A stretch of 64,000 nt of DNA from assembly GCA_964106645.2 (NCBI GenBank), contig OZ067038.1; one strand, 5' to 3'. Shown piece by piece: positions 26,209 to 38,384 of this stretch (position 1 is its first letter; each line of letters begins with the position of its first letter). The DNA comes from Podarcis pityusensis (Eukaryota). The notes beneath the pieces were generated by a model. The model saw nothing but the letters and a program-made list of their open reading frames with translations. It was not told where the DNA came from and made no database searches. The position numbers were made by a program, and so were the translations under genes.

Positions 26209-27095
26209 GTAAGCTAGGGCTGCTGTTCCACCAGCTGATAACTGGACCGGGATCTTGACACCGAACTTGTGGTTAGTGGTCAACAGCTGGTAGAAGCCAA
26301 GCCTGGACTCTAGTGAGCATCTTCTTCCATGCCCACTTCACCTGAATCAAATGCCTCCCTCTACACTGTACCTGCCCAGCAGGAGGCTACAGAAAGAAAA
26401 AGTGCTAGTCTGTAGGCCTAGTGGGTGACCCATTAAGGATTCACCCTCTTCAGGGAAGCAGGTGGAGCTTAGGAGTGGTGCATGGGATGGACAGACTCAC
26501 AAGGCCTCTGTTCACCACCAGCCTTGTTGGAGCAATTTGCTCAGTTGATCTTTCTATGATGCTGTCTTGTGAATCCATCAGTCCATCAGTACAATTATTA
26601 GGATATGCTTTGCAAGAATCCATTTGCAAGAACACCGATTGAAATTTACGAAAACTGGAAAGACAGAATGAAATGTTCATTAAATCTATTGTTCAGCTCT
26701 AAAATGTAGCATCACTTAATATGTTTACCTCGAGCAATAAATTTAGAGAAGTAATCCAGATTAATATACAGATATTATAAGAAATGATTACGGACCTTTT
26801 GAAAGTTGTTGACTTTCACCAGGATTTAAATTTCAGAGATAAAATGAAGGAGCCGAAAATGCCTTATTTGTTTTTTATACTTTTTTTAGTAGGCATTTTC
26901 CAAGGACCATCAGAAAAAAATGGTTCTGCAGAAGTGTATAGGATATATTTTCTTGCTGTTTGGTTGGGGGGGGGGGGGTTAGGGTCTGAGATACAGGCTG
27001 TGTCATGCGTGCCATAAATAAGCCACACTGGGTATATCAATTTTAGTTATTTAGAATGCACCGCAAATCTTCCACACACGAACTGCTGCCTAACT

Positions 27096-27350
27096 GGAGC
27101 CAACATGGTGTAATGGTTAAGAGTGGTGGACTCATAATCTGGTGAACCGGGTTCGCTTCCCTGCTCGTCCACATGCAGCTGCTGGGTGACCATGAGCTAG
27201 TCAAACTTCTCTGAAGTCTCTCATCCTCATGCACCTCACAGAGTGTTTGTTGTGAGGGAGGAAGGGAAAGGAGATTGTTAGCCGCTTTGAGACTCATTAA
27301 GGGGAGTGAAAGGTGGGATATAAAATCCAAATTCCTCCTCTTCTTCTTCT
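27096..27350 (+). mobile_element. tRNA-derived SINE with (TTC)n tail (Squam3-like)
   Basis: TGGTGTAATGG A box, GGGTTCGCTTCC B box; reverse complement of 32273-32553. Confidence 0.8.
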
Positions 27351-27385
27351 GCTCACTGTCCCATCAAGTGGTCACTAACTTGATA

Positions 27386-27735
27386 GTAAAGGTAAAGGGA
27401 CCCCTGACCATTAGGTCCAGTCGTGGCCGACTCTGGGGTTGCGGCTCTCATCATGCTTTATTGGCCAAGGGAGCTGGCATACAGGTTGCGTGGCCAGCAT
27501 GACTAAACCACTTCTGGTGAACCAGAACAGCACACAGAAATGCTGTTTACCTTCCCGCCGGAGCGGTCGGTACCTATTTATCTACTTGTACTTTGACATG
27601 CTTTCGAACTGCTAGGTTGGCAGGAGCAGGGACTGAGCAACAGGAGCTCACCCCATCACGGGGATTTGAACCGCCGACCTTCTGATCGGCAAGCCCTAGG
27701 CTCTGTGGTTTAACCCATAGCGCCACCCATGTCCC
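27386..27735 (-). mobile_element. Sauria SINE, full length
   Basis: Reverse complement of the 9207 family; perfect 9-bp TSD AACTTGATA at 27377-27385 and 27736-27744. Confidence 0.9.
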
Positions 27736-29095
27736 AACTTGATATATCACTTTATTTATTTATTTATATATTTATTATTAAATATATATCCTGCTAAGCA
27801 TAGCCTAGTGGAACCTTCAGGTAGGCTAACAACATGTACCAAAGAATGTGACACAGAAGGAATTCCCCATCACCACTCATAGGACAGGTAAGAGGAGAAC
27901 CAACAAACTGAGATCATACCAGCTCCCAACTCGGCAAGGTGACCCAGAAGGATCCCATGGCTCATGGTACTAAAAGCAGCAGAGCAGTCCAAGGAAACCA
28001 ACAGTTTCACACTTCCTCCACAATAGAGAACAAAACAAGGCCCAAAGCCAGATCAATACGAAACACAATGGCCAGTATCACCCAGCACTCCCTGGAAATG
28101 AGTTATCACCCCCATCTGACCATCTTGCTTGAGAATAGTATATTAGAAACTGGCTCCTAATTATTTTGCAACAGAAGGATAAAATGTGGGTACAGCATGT
28201 ATTTGCTGATGGTCAGGCTAAGTCCCTGGTAAGAACCCCCTACACATTAATTCCCAAACTATCCTTAATTTAATAAGCTCTATGGACTTGAAAATTCATC
28301 TCAGTCTCTTCTGCTACAGAGACAGTAAATAAATCTGGGCCTAACCATGCAGGGCCAATAGAAATAGATCTCCCAGAGTGAGTTTATTTAAGGGACTGTC
28401 TCTGTAAGGCACCATATTTATCCTGTTTGTCCAGGGTTTTGTGGCTGCCTCATAAATAGCATTTAGGGTCGGAGAAGAGCAGCAGCGAATGTAACCAAGC
28501 TACTGTGGGTTCCTAAATCATCCTGGGATACTGAGAAAGAGAAATGATCAGGGGGCATTTGTGTGGGAAGGATGTGAAGTTGAATATCAACAGACTGTCC
28601 CTGGCAGCCACTTCCGTCTGTGTATTTGTGGCCACCCTGTGTTGTTGTGATGGGTGGCCATCTTGGGAAAGTGACGAGATCCTGATGTGCCTGTAGTATT
28701 TAAGGGGCAGTTGTGGTGGGGGGACGATAGAGAATTGGACTTGCTACTCATTTTCACATGTCACTTTCTTGAAATATTGCAAATATAGAGCAGCAGTACT
28801 TCCTAGCATTTGGTTTGGGCCGTAGGTCTGCTGGGCATGGATCTACAAAACAAACAAAGAGAATGTACTATTTAATACAGCCAAAGATGGCATTTATTTT
28901 CTACATTCAAATGAAGCTTTAAAGAGGGTGAATGAAGTAGCATTCTCTACCTTCGTAAGCAGTTTCCTGCTGTGAAATTAACACAATGTGGATTTTTTTG
29001 AAGTGGAGCTCCATTTTCCTCAATATGTTCTTCTTTCATATCATCATGTCAGTTGCTTTCAGTGACAGGGAAGTGGCTCTCTTGATTCTCTAAAT

Positions 29096-29228
29096 CAGGC
29101 GTAGGGAACCTTTGACTCACCAGGTGTTGCTGAACTACAACTCCCACCATCCCTGGCCATGCTTGCTGGGGCTAATGGGAGTTGTAGTTCAGCAACATCT
29201 GGAGGACCAAAGGTCCCCCACACCCCTG
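29096..29228. mobile_element. hAT-type MITE; decayed relatives near 3490-3590, 17000-17140, 22485-22620, 32215-32600 and 52960-53060
   Basis: Inverted ACTACAACTCCCA/TGGGAGTTGTAGT arms; imperfect 8-bp TSD ctctaaat/ctgtaaaa. Confidence 0.8.
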
Positions 29229-29367
29229 CTGTAAAAGGTTTCCTGAAGCCCTTTGAAAGGACTAAGAGCTGTTGGAATGACTACTTTTTCACCCACGGCC
29301 CACTCAACAACTGCAAGGCCTTTACCTTTGGTTTCCTCACCTGCCTAATACTGCTGACAGACATATA

Positions 29368-29748
29368 AAGATAAAGGGACCCCTGACAGTTAAGTCCAGT
29401 CGCGAACAACTCTGGGGTTGCAGCCCTCATCTCGCTTTACAGGCCGAGGGAGCCAGCGTTTGTAGACTCCACAGACAGTTTTCCTGGGTCATGTGGCCAG
29501 CATGACTAAGCCACTTCTGGTGCAACAGAACACTGACACCGGAGCAGCGCACGGAAACGCTGTTTACCTTCCCACCAGAGTGGTACCTATTAATCTACTT
29601 GCACTTTTTGGCGTGCTTTTGAACAGCTAGGTTGGCCGGAGCAGGGACAGAGCAATGGGAGCTCACCCTGTCGCAGGGATTTGAACCGCCGACCTTTTGA
29701 TTGGCAAGCCCAAGCGGCTCAGTGGTTTAGACCACAACACCACCCGCT
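29368..29748 (-). mobile_element. Sauria SINE
   Basis: Similar to the 27386 copy; flanking GACATATA duplication. Confidence 0.87.
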
Positions 29749-30194
29749 GACATATACTTTGAAACAAATGAGCAGAAATCCATCCTGGTGCTGATCTCAG
29801 GGCAGCTCAGCTCAAAAAGGCCTTAAGAGGCCCTATATGTTCCCATCTTGCCTCCCCCACTGACTCTTCTCTCTCTTTTCATCTTCTGAGTGCCTCTCAT
29901 TTCATGCCCACAACACTCATTTTGTTCTTGGGATGTTCCCAAGCAAAAACTTCACAAATATGTGGTGGGAATTGTGGGCTTGATTCCAGTACTTCATAGT
30001 CCTGAAGGTGTGTGTTCTGAATTCTCTTCCGTAGCTTGTCCCCTTGCTCAGCTACTCTCAGAGGTTCAGCTGTAACTAGAAGGATACAGGAGTGGGAGAG
30101 GGATGTGGAAGAGTCATTTTTGTATGGAATTATGATTTATCATTTTATACTACTAATAAAAGGTGGGAAAAAAATGGTGTGAAGTTGGTAGAAA

Positions 30195-30656
30195 GTAAAA
30201 GCTATGGTTTTCCCAGTAGTGATGTAGGGAAGTGAGAGCTGGACCATAAAGAAGGCTGATCGCCGAAGAATTGATGCTTTTGAATTATGGTGCTGGAGGA
30301 GACTCTTGAGAGTCCCATGGACTTCAAGAAGATCAAACGTACCATTCTTAAGGAAATCAGCCCTGAGTGTTCACTGGAAGGACAGATTGTGAAGCTGAGG
30401 CTCCAATACTTTGGCCACCTCATGAGAAGAGAAGACTCCCTGGAAAAGACCCTGATGTTGGGAAAGATGGAGGGCACAAGGAGAATGGGACGACAGAGGA
30501 CAAGATGGTTGGATAGTGTTCTTGAAGCTACCAGCATGAGTTTGACCAAACTGCGGGAGGCAGTGGAAGACAGGAATGCCTGGCGTGCTCTGGTCCATGG
30601 GGTCACGAAGAGTCGGACACGACTAAACGACTAAACAACAACAACAACAACAACAA
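30195..30656 (+). mobile_element. BovB/RTE LINE, 5'-truncated 3' fragment with (AAC)n tail
   Basis: ESWTIKKA-RRIDAFELWCWRRLLRVPW and LQYFGHLMRR-LEKTLMLGK-VHGVTKSRTRLND peptides; TAG at 30225 and a frameshift near 30340. Confidence 0.92.
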
Positions 30657-31291
30657 GGCTCAGTATCTCATTAGCATCTTTCTGTGGTGTTTGTTGAACG
30701 CAAAGTTCTTTCTCTGTTTGAACAGTGACTCCTTTGCCCAAATCCTTAGTCCATCACCTTCCATGTCTATCTTTTGATAGTGTTGTTGCTGTTGCTTAAA
30801 TCTCAAGCCAGGGAAAATACATTATTTAGAACCTTTTCTTTTCTGAAAACTCTTAGGAAATGTTCTTTACAAATCTTTAAATATTTAATTTGCACTTGGA
30901 ACCTCAAGATCTTTTGGTTAGGACTGAGGCCACAAGTCATCCAAACTCTTTGTCTAAGAAAAACAAATGCTTGGTATATATCTTTGTTTTTTGAGATTCC
31001 ATAGTGCTGCTTGTTAAAAATGAGTCGATGGATGTTTCTTTATACGCTTGTTTCAGTGTTGTATAGGTTTTGATCTTAGCTATTTAGCAGCTGACCTCTT
31101 GCAAAACTTATCCTAATAGTTATAACAGTGGAGCTGAGCTCTTGTGATAACTTTGTGTTTACTCCAGTGCCACACAACTTGCTCAAAGGATCAACATGCA
31201 ACAGAAAATAGCAAAATGGGAGTTATGCTGTGCATGGACTTCATAGGTTTTGGTAACAGCATGGTGTGGAGTGTACCAACTTGTTTTTCCC

Positions 31292-31292
<1 letters not shown>

Positions 31293-31326
<34 letters not shown>

Positions 31327-31728
31327 TTATTATTTATACCCCACCCATCTGGCTGAGTTTCCCCAGCCACTCTGGGCGGCTCCCAATCAAATGTTAAAAA
31401 CAGTACAGCATTAAATATTAAAAACTTCTCTAAACAGGGCTGCCTTCAGATGTCTTTTAAAGATAGGATAGCTGCTTATTTCCTTGACATCTGAAGGGAG
31501 GGTGTTCCACAGTGTGGGCGCCACCACCAAGAAGGCCCTCTGTCTGGTTCCCTGTAACCTCACTTCTTGCAAGGAGGGAACCGCCAGAAGGCCCTCGGCG
31601 CTGGATCTCAGTGTCCGGGCTGAACGATGGGGGTGGAGACGCTTCTTCAGGTATACAGGACCGAGGCCATTTAGGGCTTTAAAGGTCAGCACCAACACTT
31701 TGAATTGTGCTCGGAAACGTACTGGGAG
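31293..31728 (-). mobile_element. L2-clade LINE 3' fragment with (TTA)n tail
   Basis: LVLTFKALNGLGPVYL...RTLRSS...APTLWNTLP...FKRHLK peptide; (AAT)n at 31293-31327. Confidence 0.85.
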
Positions 31729-32272
31729 TGATCAATCCAGGGATCATCTTAGCACCTGCACAGTTTGTGAGCCTGAGCAATGCCACTGGGCTTATGTGCC
31801 CAGAGCCTCCGTCCTGTTTACTAAATGGCAGCCATTTTCCTTTTTCAGAGTGGGCTTTAATTTTACATTTAGTCTGTGGCTGCTGCGCCTGCACTTGATG
31901 ACAGTCTGACCTAATTTGGCACATATGACTAGGGGAATCTGCTCATCCATCTGGGTGAAGCAGATGGGTTGGCACATATTGAAGTGCTGCTGGGAGCATG
32001 GGAATGAAAATATTCCCTTCTACAACTCAGAAATGAGAAACGCAGATAGTGCCGTGATGGTGAGCGCATGTGAAATACAGAGGATGCAAGCTGCCAGGCA
32101 TACAGCTGTGCACATGAGTTTGCCTCATGGCTGAAGAGGAGGGATAAACTGTGCGTTTGACACTGCCCATTTGAAGGGAACGTTTCCTCAAGGGAATGTT
32201 TAATGCAGGGAACAACCAGTGCGGTGCCTTTCAGATGTGGTTGGACTCCCCGTTCCAACTAGCATGACCAAT

Positions 32273-32553
32273 AGAAGAAGAAGAAGAAGAAGAAGAAGAA
32301 GAAGAAGAAGAAGAAGAGTTTGGATTTGATATCCCGCCTTTCACTCCCTTTAAGGAGTCTCAAAGCGGCTAACATTCTCCTTTCCCTTCCTCCCCCACAA
32401 CAAACACTCTGTGAGGTGAGTGGGGCTGAGAGACTTCAAAGAAGTGTGACTGGCCCAAGGTCACCCAGCAGCTAAATGTGGAGGAGCGGAGACGCGAACC
32501 CGGTTCCCCAGATTACAAGACTACCGCTCTTAACCACTACACCACACTGGCTG
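32273..32553 (-). mobile_element. Squam3-like SINE with (GAA)~15 tail, inserted in a hAT MITE
   Basis: CpG-retaining reverse-complement relative of the 27096 copy; MITE halves lie on both sides. Confidence 0.82.
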
Positions 32554-35500
32554 TAGCCAGGGACAGTGGGAGTTGTAGTTCAACAACATCTGGAGGGCAC
32601 AGATTCTTACTGAAAACTTCTTGCCTTAGACTTCTCTCCTTCAGCTCACCTAAGCAGACTTGACAAAGAGTTCTCCTTTGGGAAACGTATCTATTGTGCT
32701 TCTGTCCCATTTTCTGCTTTTTAATTGTCTGCAGCTCTTATTGATCCTGTCACTTAATGTGGCTTTTGTTTAATAAGATAATATAAGGGCCTTTTTGAAG
32801 GCAACCTGGGTCCTGTGGGGTACTATGGGTGCTGTCCTTTGATTTGCCACCCCAATGGGCATATGTGTCATTAGGAGCACAGCCCATTGCCCCCGCCCCC
32901 ACCCCCAGGAACATTAAAATGAGAAGGGTGGTATTGGTCTCAAGCCCAGCATAAAGAAGTATGAACTCAAGAGTGAAAAGACCACAATAGTCAATACACT
33001 TTCAAACCACAGAAAAGCTGGCGGAGGTGAGTGATTGACCGCCTTTCACATTGAGTTGTGCCTTCTGTCTGCCTGAACTGCTAAAGCTATCGACAACCCA
33101 CATGAAACTCCCATCAGCAGGCGTAAGGCTTTTGTTTTCACCATTGTGTCTGGCTCCTTCACCCTCTCTCCCCTCCTTCCCTCCCCTCGCTCTTGCCTGT
33201 AGGGAGATGGAGGCTGTCTCCTTGCCTTTCAACAGCTGACTAAAGCAAGAGGAATCTACCTTCTCTGCTCCCTCCCCCTTTTGTTGGCATGGACAGCCTC
33301 TACTGTGGTCTGAGTTTTCAAGGTGCAGGACTAGGAGCTGGCGGGAAGTCTTCTTGACTGCCGCAGTGCAGAAGCCTTTGCTGTGAAATAGGGACAGCCC
33401 TGCTCTGAGATATGGTGCATTGCAGGGCTGGCCCACCCATGAGGCAAGGTGAGGCGGCTGCCTCAGGCAGCAGGATCTGCAGGAACAACAGATCCAGCCT
33501 CCAAGGAATCCATTGCCCACTGCTACTGCATTCCCCCCTTGCCCCCATTGTAGATCTTCACCCCTCCCCCTTGTTTTTGATGCAGGTCTTCACTCACCCT
33601 TTCTTCCCTGGTGGGTGGGGAGGCATTTTGTGGTTTGTCTCAGGTGCCAAAATGTATTGGGCCAGCCCTGGTGCATTGTGTGATATGATGTGGAAGCAAC
33701 ACCACCTTCCTCTGAAAATACCTTCCAACTTTGGAGTTAAGCCTTGGACAATACATCTTTCCATATCTGCTCAGGCTGGACCATGCCCCCTGAATCTTTA
33801 TGTCTTCTAAATAGGTACCCCACCTGCCCCACCACCATGGGTCATTGTTAGAAAACCTCCCCACCTTCCATTCCAGAAGCTCTGAAGTTGTGCTCCAGGT
33901 GTCATCCTGAAAAACACTAGTAGAGCACTTCAAAGAAGGCATCATTCCCATTGTGGGGTTTTAGTTTTAAAGCGATTTTGGTGCACTGGTACTTTGCCTA
34001 TGCCAACCCAGTGGACTCGCAACAAGTATCATCCTGAACAGCCCTGATTCACAGAACTGTGAAATGCAAATGGATAAAAGTAGGAAGCAGGCATTCTTCT
34101 GTGCAGAGTGAGAATGACACTGGTGTTTGATGGGCCCTTCCCCAATCTTGGGGCCTTAGCCAATGGCCAACAACACTCCCCTGAGGAGCCTGCCCTGGCA
34201 GATGTGGGGAACATAAGAAGCTCTGTTATGCGGAGTCAGACCTCTGATCCATCTAGCTCAGGCTTGTCTGCACTGACTGGTAGTGACTCTCTCAGATTTC
34301 AGACCTACCTCCCAGTGCTACTTGGAGATGCTGGGGATTGAACCTGGGACCTTCTGCAAGCAAAGCAGATCCTTGACCACGTAGCAAAGGGCCTTATAAT
34401 GTCACCTTTCGTTTGCAGTTGCTAACACTCAGGAGAGCTTAAAATGTATTTAGAGTTGCATTCTGCAAGCTGGCTCTACCTCTCAGGGGCAGACCCTGGC
34501 ACTGTCCATTCTTCACTTGAAGTGGTGAACGACATCATCTACCTTCCTCTGAAAGGAAAGGAGGCACTTTTTTTGTTGTTAGGACAAGGATATGAAAAAA
34601 ACAAAGCAAAGATGTTCTTTTTCACTTCCAAGATTCCCTTCAGTTGCAAGCCAGCCTGAGTAATAAGAGTGTATTTGGCTGGAATTGTTCTGGGTTTTTT
34701 TTGGGGGGGGGAGAATGTGCACACCTCCCTGTCCTGCATCTGACTGTGAATACAGCAGGAGCATCAAATGACTATATCACTCAGTTGCAACAGTACTAAT
34801 AAAGCTTCAGCCTCTGAACAGTCTTGGAGAAAAAAAAGTTTTAAAGCCCCACTAAGTTACATGATGATGACAACGATGGTGATGTATTAAATTTATATAC
34901 TGCCCTTCATCCGATTCTGCTCTGCCCACCATGGTGAATGATGAGGGCTTGGCTTCAAACTAAGACATCTTTTCTGATGTAGGTTGCAAGGCGGTGGGGA
35001 GAAGGCTGGCACCTCCAATCCCCAGGAACTTGGGTGAGGAGAAAGAATATGATGGGAGTTTATAAGAGAAGCAGGGAAGCAGCGAGACAGTGCTGGTGTC
35101 AAGAAGCGTGAAGGAGACTTGATATTTAGTTTTCTGTTGGTCTAAACCCATCAGTCCATTAGTTTTAACACAGCGAAAGGTGTGGACTTGACCCAAACAG
35201 TGTTCTTTAAATGCCATCTGCCCTTATTTAAAACCAAGGCTGCTGGGCGCGGGGGGGGGGGGGTGAGGAGAGGAATTATGCCTTTCTATGTCTTCATTGT
35301 TCAGCAGCTGGAAAAATGCTGCTGTGGTTGTGTGAGGTCCCTCTGGAAGAAAAAGAAAAGTTTTGGCGAGTATGGAATGGAAAGGAATGATCTGGCTGTG
35401 TCTCTGGTCTCCTCCCCTTTGGGCAGAACTGTCTCTTTTTCTCTCTCCCTCTCTCCCTCCAGCTGCACTCTTTTTCCACTCCCTTCTGTCATTCTGCCTC

Positions 35501-37882
35501 TTTCCCCACCTCTTTCCCTCCCTCCTGCTCCCCCCCCACCACTCCCCAACTCTCTGTGCCTCTCAGTGACTTGTGTTGAGCATTTCAGTGGCTGGGAGCT
35601 CCCAGCAGCCCTCCTTCTTCCATGCTCCGGTCACTCAGCCTCTTCTGTGATGTCATTTCTGAAATCACATAACTACGGGATGATAAGTGGAGCCCTCGGG
35701 ATCTGACTGGCTGAAATTACAGACAGGGTTTTATCCCACTCGCTTCCTACAAGCCAGGGGGAAAATAAACCTCACTCCCATGCCTGACAGATGGAAAGGC
35801 AGTGTGCTCCAGCAGGGTCTTCCAGGAGCAGCCGCTGCAAACTTCAGCTCTGAAGAATAAATAGCCAAGCCCAGTTTCTCTCCAGCTGAGGAGAGGCTTT
35901 CCTGTGCGGTGAGTTTACCTTCCCTGTCTTGGGGTTCAATTTTTCTCTTGGGATGATCCGTGCTCAGAGTGTTCAGTCCTTCCCACCTGGGTTGATGGTG
36001 CTGGGAGACAAGGAGCAGTTTCTTGATATTGCAGCAGCCTCATAGCAGAAGCTAGGCTGGCACTGAGGTTCAGAGTACACAGTGCACACAGCTCTCCTGG
36101 TGGAACTGCGGCGTAGCCTTGCCCCCTCAGGGTCTTCGCCTACCTACAAAGAGAGCATCTTGTGCAGGCCACTCTAACTGCAAGCAAACTGGAAATCTGC
36201 CCAGGGCAAGCCACTTTCTGATTATAATTATCATTGGGTTTTTTTTGTTTTTTGTTTGCAACATACACAAATAGAAGCCTTGTAGTATTAACTTGATTGA
36301 ACTTGTGTGAGTTAATCTTCACAGCATGCCCACTCAAGGTGTTTTCGTCATCTGCCATGTGTTAAGACTTGTCACACAGTTTCTCGGGATGGCACAAGGG
36401 TGACAGGATGCAAAAGCTTTACCTAGAGGTTTCTGGGTGCAAATCAGTACTCTCTGGGGTCAGTGGGGGCTGGCGGGCTGAATCCTACCAAACGTACCTC
36501 TCAGGGTACTACTACATACTGAGCACAGGTTGAAAGCTGAACCCAGTGCTAACTGCAGTCCTCAGGGAATGGGAACTGAACTCTGAAGAATAATCCAGCC
36601 TCCCCAACCCCATCCCACCCAAAGCTGAATATTTGATTTTGTACTCTCTTGTCTTAGGGGTTGTTGTTTACTCCGACATGTAAACGATTCCTTCGCGTTC
36701 GTATTTTTACGCAGGGATGCAGCTGACGCCACCCAGGCTTGCAAAAAGTATATTTGGAATTGACTTTCATTTCATTTTCATTTCCAGAAAGCTGGACTCT
36801 GTGCCAATTGGCACCACTGCCTTTCTTACTGCTGCTTCTGTTTATATCTTTTGTCTATCTGGACATGGACTTGTTCCTTTTTGTATGTGGGGTGAGGGGT
36901 GCAAGATATGTGGCCAAGGATTCAGGGAGACAGAAAACTGCTTGAGTATACTGGTATATTATTTTCAATTTTGGTGAAAGAAGTGCAGCTTCAAAGGCTG
37001 GGTGTGGTATATGCCCACCTGGCTAGGCTGGTCAATATCCATCAGTGAAGCAGAGAGCGGGGGTGAGATCCGGAGGGGAAAGGGCTTGTTTTCTCCTGGT
37101 GTTGAGATCCCCGTTCTTGCATCTGAATCAATACAGATAGCTCCAGCTACTTCTTCCCCCTTTCATACCATCGCAGTATCAAATGCCTCTGACAGCTCTG
37201 GCAGCTGGGTCAATAAACAAATGGGTGTTCTTCCTCCTCCCTTCATGTCACTTGACTGAATAGCTCTGCTGGCACTCATTACCGTAACAGAGGAGATGGA
37301 CAAGAGGGGCACCTGTTACTAGTAAGCTGGGCATCGCAACAGGTTTTTGTTGTTGTTTAGCTTCTGGGGAATTGGCCCTTGTGTTAGCTGGAAACAATCA
37401 TTGAGTGCGTGCAGGAGAGAGTGACAAACAAAATGTTAAAATAAATCTATTGACAGAGGGCATGTGAGGGTGGTTTGACCTGTGGATTCCTGTTTGTGGC
37501 ACATATGGTGATTCTCCATCATAATAGGGTGCCAGCGGTAATGTTGATCTCTCTTGGAAGAGCTCACAGAGATGGCAAACAGAGACAGTGAGGAGCACTG
37601 CAGTTGTTCACCTGCCTGGATCTTTCATTTCATTGTAGTTTCACAAGTCTGCTGACTGGTTTTTGCCTATTGGAAGCAAAACCTTATATTCAGGAGGCTC
37701 AAAAAGCATGAACTTTGGAGGTAAAACCCATGACTTCTGTGGCAGCTGTTTACCTGTGAGAGCAGCCTGTGCAGAAGGACGGGGGGGAGGAGAGAGAACA
37801 CACAATGGCCTTGGTGCTGGGTTCGTAGTTGCCTCTAGGGAAGGAAGAGGGTACCAGAGGTTTTTATGTGGCTGGGCCCCCA

Positions 37883-38384
37883 TTTTTTTTTATAAGATAT
37901 TTATTAAGATTTTTTTAAATATTACAATAACAAATGAAAAAGAAAAAACAAAATAAAAATGATTAAAAACCACTCAATTTTTCCATTGCTTATTTTTCCT
38001 TAGCTTGTTTCCCGGACCTCCTCATACCTCCCTTTTTTGTATTCCAGTTCAGTTTGTTGGTTCAGCAAATCCTTACCCTCTTTATTTGTCCTAATCTTTG
38101 GTCTTAAAATAGTAATGTTAGATTTTTACCTCTTAGCAACCCATTTTTCATATTCCCTTAAAGCATTACAGCTGGAAACCACTTTATTTCTATCCAACAT
38201 CGTTCTAACATTCATTAATTTTACAATATGTCTGTAGATAATCTTTGAACTTCTTCCAATCTTCTTCCACCGACTCTTCTCCCTGGTCTCGGATTCTGCC
38301 AGTCATTTCTGCCAGTTCCATATAGTCCATCAACTTCATCTGCCATTCTTCCAGAGTGGGTAGATCTTGTGTCTTCCAATACTT
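37883..38384 (-). mobile_element. L1-clade LINE, 5'-truncated, with poly(A) and long TSD
   Basis: Minus-strand open peptide KYWKTQDLPTLEEWQMKLMDYMELAEMTGRIRDQGEESVEEDWKKFKDYLQTYCKINEC*; TSD TGTGGCTGGGCCCCCA at 37867-37882 and 38385-38400. Confidence 0.88.

Noticed and set aside
9207-32553. tRNA genes or CRISPR-like arrays
   Set aside because: tRNA-like boxes are SINE heads without a full cloverleaf; the short TAACCTGAAGC repeats are MITE-internal; the DNA is eukaryotic.
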